A stretch of 64,000 bases of DNA from a virus, in IMG/VR virus record IMGVR_UViG_3300024999_000072, positions 18,602 to 82,601 of that record, one strand, 5' to 3'. Shown here one piece after another: positions 58,482-64,000 of the stretch (positions within the stretch are counted from its first letter, which is position 1; each line of letters starts with the position of its first letter). The notes under the pieces are model-generated. The model made no database searches. It worked only from the letters and a program-made list of their open reading frames with translations, and had not been told where the DNA came from. A program made the translations under genes and the position numbers.

Positions 58482-58589
58482 TGGACCTAATTTGGACCTA
58501 AGTTGAACCTTTATTTGGTGAAATCCGTGGTAAGATAGTAGTGTGAGAGGTTGTAATTAAAGGCGTTCCGAAAAGGGGCGCTTTTTCTA
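58482..58589 (+). promoter_or_regulatory. Late promoter with activator repeats and downstream hairpin
   Basis: TG(G/A)ACCT at 58482, 58493, 58504 (11-bp period); TGGTAAGAT extended -10; hairpin with T run 58559-58589. Confidence 0.75.
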
Positions 58590-58610
58590 TGCCCATAAGG
58601 CGGTGATTCG

Positions 58611-59144
58611 ATGCTGAAACCAGCATTTGCATACAAGGAAAAACTACAGCAGAAGTACAACGAGATTATATTTCGAAATAAATACATGTTCTACAATTGC
58701 GATGCTTATTGGAGCTATGAATTTAAGCTTAACTCAGATTCATGGAATTCTATTGAAATGGTAAGCGTCGATTCCCAAGGTAATGTAATAGGGTTCATGA
58801 AGGCAAACGTTGATAGATCGGCAGAAAAGGTGTCATCTCTAGGAGTTGTGAACTTTCATAACGCTAACGCCGTATTCGCCAAAGACTTACGGCAATTCGT
58901 TTTAGACCTATTATTTAAGTTTAACTTCAGGAAGATTGAATGGACCGTCGTTATCGGTAACCCGGCCGAAAAACTATACGACAGGGTTATCGCAAAATAT
59001 GGTGGTAGTGTTACTGGGGTTCATAGGGAGACGGTCAAATTGCAGGATGGAAAGTATTACGACATGAAGGGGTATGAGGTATTCAGATCTGATTTTAAAA
59101 TCCAAGGCGGTGATTTCATTGGCAACCGAATGTGTAGGGTTTGA
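58611..59144 (+). CDS. GNAT (RimJ/RimL-like) acetyltransferase
   Basis: FNFRKIEW...GNPAEKLY...GKYYD. Confidence 0.8.
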   Translation: MLKPAFAYKEKLQQKYNEIIFRNKYMFYNCDAYWSYEFKLNSDSWNSIEMVSVDSQGNVIGFMKANVDRSAEKVSSLGVVNFHNANAVFAKDLRQFVLDLLFKFNFRKIEWTVVIGNPAEKLYDRVIAKYGGSVTGVHRETVKLQDGKYYDMKGYEVFRSDFKIQGGDFIGNRMCRV

Positions 59145-59598
59145 GCCCAAAGGAATTGGAGCTAAAGATAATTGCACTTACTGTAACAACTGGAACGGTA
59201 AGGCGTGCAAGGTTAAGAATCTGCTGGATGAGTTGTACGAGGAGAGCGCTAAGTTCGATGCGATTGATCGGATGATGCGGGGGAATCGAGGGATAACAGG
59301 ACCGATGTGAGGAGGGTGACGCATGAAGATCATAGCTTGGGAGTGCACAAATTGCGGACAATCGGTTGACGGTGATGAAAACCTAAAAGATGGCACGCGT
59401 TGCCCTGTATGCAAGGGTAGGCTTGAACCTGTTGGTGAGCATGGGGCTAAGCCACGAGGATTAACCTTGAGTGTGGAGATGAAGGGATTAAATCAATTCA
59501 AGCGAATCCTCTGCGTTATTGGTGAGTTAATCGCGGACGAACGCATTCCTGAGGCGATCAGGATGGAATATGCGAGCAAGATCATCTTGAAGGGATAG
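59119..59598 (+). other. Two small Cys proteins (59119-59310, 59323-59598)
   Basis: CxxC motifs and RBSs. Confidence 0.65.
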
Positions 59599-59605
59599 TT
59601 GCTCT

Positions 59606-60220
59606 GTGGCAGACAGATTAATATGCGAAAAGTGCGGCATGGGTTGTGATATCCCGTGTGTACCGCTGAGATCCCTACTAAAGCTTTACGACGACCTAAA
59701 AACAGAAGAGAAGACAAAAATAATAAAAGACCTTAGGAAAGAACTAAGCTTAGCAGATTATGAAGTGGCAGATGACCTAAGGGTGTTAGGTGAAAAAATA
59801 ATAAGCGCTATGCCAGAGTTGCACGTCATCCGAGACTATGAAGCAAAGATTGGATACGTGCGAAGCTTCGAGGCAAAGAAGGATAAGGGAAGACAGATCA
59901 ACGCAGATTGCAGGAAGGTCAATGGAGTATATACTGCGTACCTTCCTTTTGATTTTGTCGTAACCTTCTATGAACCCAATATTTATCATATGACAGAGAA
60001 CCAGAAGAAGATTCTAATGTTGCATGAGTTGCGACACATAGGAATCGGTGAAAAAGGCTTCCGGATCGAGAACCACGACGTTGAAGATTTCAGAGATATC
60101 CTAGAAAGATTCGGCATTGAGTGGAACGGATTTGACCAAGAAGTCCCAGACATCCTAGCAGAAGTAAAAGCGGGTGGTGATGGTGGAAAAAAATCCAAGC
60201 CCAAAGGTAAGAAAAAGTAA
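59606..60220 (+). CDS. Phage putative metallopeptidase
   Basis: LMLHELRH, HDVEDF. Confidence 0.85.
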   Translation: MADRLICEKCGMGCDIPCVPLRSLLKLYDDLKTEEKTKIIKDLRKELSLADYEVADDLRVLGEKIISAMPELHVIRDYEAKIGYVRSFEAKKDKGRQINADCRKVNGVYTAYLPFDFVVTFYEPNIYHMTENQKKILMLHELRHIGIGEKGFRIENHDVEDFRDILERFGIEWNGFDQEVPDILAEVKAGGDGGKKSKPKGKKK

Positions 60221-60518
60221 TGAATGGGTACCACATGCAAAACAGATCAAAATGGCAGAGTTACTTTTAAATCCAGAGGACAGAAGGACAAAGCAAGATA
60301 AATGTAAAGAAGTTGGCATTACCATGAAAACCCTTTGGAAATGGATGAAGGATAAACGGTATGTCGACTATGTTAATTCGCAGATAGACCAATATACAAA
60401 CGCTGAATTGGCAGAGGTATGGAGGGCTTTGATTAACCAATGCAAGCGCGGAAATATACAGGCAATCAAGTTATTCTTTGAGATGAAAGAGCTTCATCCG
60501 GATACGAAGGCGTGGTGA
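60174..60518 (+). CDS. phBC6A51-like HTH protein (small-terminase-like)
   Basis: CKEVGITMKTLWKW...GNIQAIKLFFE. Confidence 0.75.
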   Translation: MVMVEKNPSPKVRKSNEWVPHAKQIKMAELLLNPEDRRTKQDKCKEVGITMKTLWKWMKDKRYVDYVNSQIDQYTNAELAEVWRALINQCKRGNIQAIKLFFEMKELHPDTKAW

Positions 60519-60522
60519 TGAC

Positions 60523-61209
60523 GTGACTAGACATGCAATCCTACATACATTCTATGTTTCTGATGCGTGGGTAAACTTCAGGTTAGGCCTGATTGCTGAA
60601 CGCGGACCAATGTGCCAAGAATGTGGCAAGATTATGGCTAAGCCCAGAGAGATTATCGGTCATCATAAAACGGAGTTAACGCCTGAGAATGTCCATGATG
60701 CGATGATCTCCCTTAATCCTGACAATGTGGATCTCGTCTGTTTTGATTGTCACAACGTTATCCATAAACGCTTCGGTCATAAACCAATGGGTAGGAACGT
60801 TTATATTGTGTACGGACCACCGATGGCAGGTAAGCAAGAGTTCGTGCAGCAACGTGTGCAACGCGGTGATCTAGTAGTTGACATGGATAGGTTATATCAG
60901 GCTGTGTCAATGCTGCCGAGTTACGATAAGCCAGACAGCTTGCTTGGTAATGTTCGAGGGATTCATGGTTTATTGCTAGACAACATTAAAACGAGGTATG
61001 GCAAGTGGTCAAATGCCTGGATTATTGGCGGTTATGCGGATAAGTATAAGAGGGAGAAGTTGGCGAATGATCTTGGCGCTGAGTTAGTCTTCTGCTATGT
61101 GAGTAAGGATGAGTGCTTGCGACGATTAAAAGTCGATGACGAAAGAAAGAATCAAGGAGTTGAGTGGCGCGGATATATAACCCGATGGTTCGAAGGATAT
61201 ACTTCATAA
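60523..61209 (+). CDS. Packaging-associated HNH endonuclease fused to a P-loop domain
   Basis: CQECG..GHH..N..CFDCHNVIH; YGPPMAGK. Confidence 0.88.
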   Translation: MTRHAILHTFYVSDAWVNFRLGLIAERGPMCQECGKIMAKPREIIGHHKTELTPENVHDAMISLNPDNVDLVCFDCHNVIHKRFGHKPMGRNVYIVYGPPMAGKQEFVQQRVQRGDLVVDMDRLYQAVSMLPSYDKPDSLLGNVRGIHGLLLDNIKTRYGKWSNAWIIGGYADKYKREKLANDLGAELVFCYVSKDECLRRLKVDDERKNQGVEWRGYITRWFEGYTS

Positions 61210-61316
61210 TTTTGCTAGAAAAGCGCTGGATAGTTCGACGGAGCGAACACCGAAGTCTTACGGTTTCTGGTGCTTTTTTTATTATTAAGGTGGATTACGA
61301 GAGGTGGTAATTTACT

Positions 61317-62093
61317 ATGGGATGCTTTCATACAAACCTCATGAACGAAAGAACTGGGGAAACTGGTGTCAACTATGCGGGGAGTGTAATGCAAATTATT
61401 AAATACGACAACGCGCATGATGTAACGGTAAGATTTGATAATGGATACACGACGACCTGCGAATATAAAAGCTTTAGGAAAGGCGGAGTTAAAAACCCGT
61501 ACGATAAAACCGTATACGGACATGGATACATAGGAGAGGGAAAATACAAAAGTAGTATTAACGACAAGCAAACTCCACAAAGCGTTGCATGGAATTCGAT
61601 GATGTGCAGATGTTATTCTCCTAAATTTCAATCGCGAACACCTTCTTACCTAGGTTGTGAGGTTTGTGACGAGTGGTTAAATTTTCAGAACTTCGCAAGA
61701 TGGTATGATGATAATTATTATCAAATAAGTAGTAAGGCCATGTGCCTTGACAAGGATATAATTTTCAAAGGCAATAAAGTATATTCGCCTGAAACTTGCG
61801 TATTTGTGCCGAGTGATATAAACATATTGTTTGTCAAGCGTAATGCAGTGAGAGGCAGATACCCAATCGGAGTGAATTATTATAAGGCCCTTAATAAATA
61901 TCAGGCGTCTTGTAATAACTGTACGTGCGGAACAAAATACTTAGGCTACTTCGATACACCAGAGGAAGCGTTCTATGCTTATAAATGTTATAAAGAACAA
62001 CTTATTAAAGACATTGCAAACCTATACAGGGGACTGATACCCATTCGATTATTCAACGCCATGACCGGTTATGTTGTTGATATAGACGACTAG
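61317..62093 (+). CDS. Free-standing homing-endonuclease-like protein with AP2-like C-terminus
   Basis: WNSMMCRCY, EWLNFQNFARW, LDKD, YLGYFDTPEEAF. Confidence 0.8.
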   Translation: MGCFHTNLMNERTGETGVNYAGSVMQIIKYDNAHDVTVRFDNGYTTTCEYKSFRKGGVKNPYDKTVYGHGYIGEGKYKSSINDKQTPQSVAWNSMMCRCYSPKFQSRTPSYLGCEVCDEWLNFQNFARWYDDNYYQISSKAMCLDKDIIFKGNKVYSPETCVFVPSDINILFVKRNAVRGRYPIGVNYYKALNKYQASCNNCTCGTKYLGYFDTPEEAFYAYKCYKEQLIKDIANLYRGLIPIRLFNAMTGYVVDIDD

Positions 62094-62337
62094 CGGAAAC
62101 AGGGAAGTGGTTTAAGCAATATACTACGTAAGGGAGACGGATTATTATGATTAATCTTTTAGTGATAGTTGTTATTGATGCACTTATGGATGATAAGGCG
62201 ATCGGCGGGATAAAGACAGATGTTCACGAACAGATATGCGATGGCGTGCTAGTGAAACATAATCCGGTATCAAAGATAATCCTGATAGACAAGGAGACAG
62301 GGAAGCTTGTAGTAGAGGTATAAGGGGGTGTAGGCCG

Positions 62338-62538
62338 ATGCGCAAAGACGGATTGACCGAGCAAGAAGGCAAGGTCGCGGACGCACTCGTAACGGCATGG
62401 AATGAGTTTGTGAAGCTTGAAGTTACACATACTTCTGACAGGCCGGACTTTGTAAATGGTATACATCAATGCCAACAGATTCTAGGTATGAGAGTATTAC
62501 AGAGGGATTATCCGGAAGGATATCCAATCAAGCGATAA
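62338..62538 (+). CDS. Conserved small phage protein
   Basis: LVTAWNEF..IHQCQQILGMRVL. Confidence 0.75.
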   Translation: MRKDGLTEQEGKVADALVTAWNEFVKLEVTHTSDRPDFVNGIHQCQQILGMRVLQRDYPEGYPIKR

Positions 62539-62568
62539 ATCCTTACAGATTATACGGAGTGATACTAG

Positions 62569-63990
62569 ATGATATGCGGCACCTGCAAGGACGAAAAACC
62601 AGACAACGAATTCACAAGGCTTAATGTTAGTAAGGATGGAACCAGGGGTCTGTGTAGGAGCTGCAAGAAAAAGCGAGACGTAAAGCATTCAGTTGCCAAA
62701 AAGGTGAACGACTTAACTCTTCCGTTTTTCGATTTGACTCCCAACTTAATAAAACGGACTGCAGCAAGAATTGGCGTCTTAAACCTTCATAAGTTTACAG
62801 ACCGAGGAAATACAAAGGGTATCCCAATGGTCAACATGCAAAACATGGGACTTAATGCAATACTGAAAGAATTGAATGAGCCTTATGAATATTGCGAGGC
62901 TAAGCAGATCAACGACTACGAATACATTCTGGTGTCATTAATGAGCGTCATGGACGTAGAAAACTTAATATACACCTTTGAAAAGTATGCACCAGCAGAC
63001 ATTAGGGCCAAGATTATTGTTGGCGGCTTTGGGGTTTGTAATATTAAGCTAATCACACCGTACATCGACATCGCTGTTTTCGGTAGAGCGGAAGGCCAGA
63101 TAAATGAAATCTTTGAAGGGAAGAGGTTTGACAATGTATGGAGAAAAAAAGATGATCCAGAGATCGAGAATAAGTATACAATTCGTCAGGTTCAATACTT
63201 AGTAGGCGGCGAGAGTGGAGTTGGTTGCAGAAATAACTGCAGGTATTGCCAATACACACATATAAGGCGACAAATACACAGTAATACAATATATAACCCA
63301 GGTAGTAAGATAGCGTCGATAGAATCAGATTGGAGTGCATTAGATCCAATAAGAGCTGGCCGCTATACTACCGCGTGGGATGGTTGGTCAGACTCAACCC
63401 GCAAGATTGTGTGTAAGCCGGTGACGGACAAGGCAATCGTCGCTAAGCTGATAGATCTTGGCAATAGAGATATCAGTGGAGCACTTAACATAAAAGTCTT
63501 TCAGATTATTGGATATCCATGGGAAACCAAGGAGTCAATCATTGAAGACATGGAGAGGTGTAAGGAAATACTCAAGGAAGTTGACAGGAATATAAGGAAT
63601 AAGGTTGTCTTGTCGTTTCTTAATACACCATTCGGGCCTGAGCCGATAACGCCAATGCAATATGATGCTGCGAACATTAAGGTATCATGGCGTGATGTTA
63701 TTAACTTTAACGAGTATTACGTTGGCAAGAAAGTAATGGCGCACATTGTGCCGTTTATAACTGGGTCATTTACACTGCTGAAGCGTGTCTTTATTCATAG
63801 GGCAGAGACTAAGGACCTTGATCTATTTAAGAGCATAGTGTTCTCAAGTAAGCTTAAAAGGATGCCTGATGTGGATAAAATTAAGTGGTTACTCAAATAC
63901 GGAATTATCGACAATAAAATGTTTGGTAAAATCGAAAGTGCGGCGTTCGATTATCTCGTACCTCCCCCCGGTAACCTCAAATTTAATTAG
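62569..63990 (+). CDS. Radical SAM protein (B12-binding-like N-domain) with N-terminal zinc ribbon
   Basis: IIVGGFG, GRAE, GCRNNCRYC, IIGYPWET. Confidence 0.85.
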   Translation: MICGTCKDEKPDNEFTRLNVSKDGTRGLCRSCKKKRDVKHSVAKKVNDLTLPFFDLTPNLIKRTAARIGVLNLHKFTDRGNTKGIPMVNMQNMGLNAILKELNEPYEYCEAKQINDYEYILVSLMSVMDVENLIYTFEKYAPADIRAKIIVGGFGVCNIKLITPYIDIAVFGRAEGQINEIFEGKRFDNVWRKKDDPEIENKYTIRQVQYLVGGESGVGCRNNCRYCQYTHIRRQIHSNTIYNPGSKIASIESDWSALDPIRAGRYTTAWDGWSDSTRKIVCKPVTDKAIVAKLIDLGNRDISGALNIKVFQIIGYPWETKESIIEDMERCKEILKEVDRNIRNKVVLSFLNTPFGPEPITPMQYDAANIKVSWRDVINFNEYYVGKKVMAHIVPFITGSFTLLKRVFIHRAETKDLDLFKSIVFSSKLKRMPDVDKIKWLLKYGIIDNKMFGKIESAAFDYLVPPPGNLKFN

Positions 63991-64000
63991 TCGAGGGGAC

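Larger units (their letters stand above)
1..64000. mobile_element. Temperate phage/prophage of a spore-forming Firmicute (partial genome)
   Basis: Tail-fibre, holin/amidase, integrase, cI/cro, replication and packaging-associated genes in canonical order; no host core genes. Confidence 0.97.

Noticed and set aside
2435-63349. Many opposite-strand or out-of-frame ORFs in the track (e.g. 12503-13120, 41209-41853, 16851-17300)
   Set aside because: They are shadows of well-supported genes, with no RBS or recognisable motifs

Overview
The whole window is a temperate phage of a spore-forming Firmicute. A Clostridia-like host is inferred from sigma-H promoters, Spo0A-domain genes and Firmicutes-type SOS boxes. 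No host housekeeping genes are present. Order: end of the tail-fibre module (1-1.1 kb); a second tyrosine recombinase next to short repeated sites, one apparently split by a captured gene fragment (1.1-3.3 kb); lysis genes (4.6-6.8 kb); a leftward SNF2/IbrAB/methyltransferase operon (7-14.4 kb); a leftward FtsK/relaxase/SpoIIIAC-like/M23 module (15.5-22 kb); an attP-like region and integrase (22.4-23.7 kb); a cI/cro switch with three operators; a long early/middle operon (24-58.5 kb); then a RinA/ArpU-like activator and the start of the late/packaging region. The early/middle operon contains sigma-H antisense cassettes, tandem Spo0A effector domains, an SMC-like ATPase, UvrD, several DNA-modification-type enzymes, an initiator, SSB and an ISL3 transposase. 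Lysis, att and integrase are contiguous, so this is either the excised/circular form or tandem prophages. Most notable candidates: (1) an integron-like capture site beside the tail fibre; (2) a sporulation-like DNA-transfer module; (3) convergent two-gene cassettes with sigma-H promoters, two of them bounded by direct repeats. All family calls are by eye from motifs; no searches were run.
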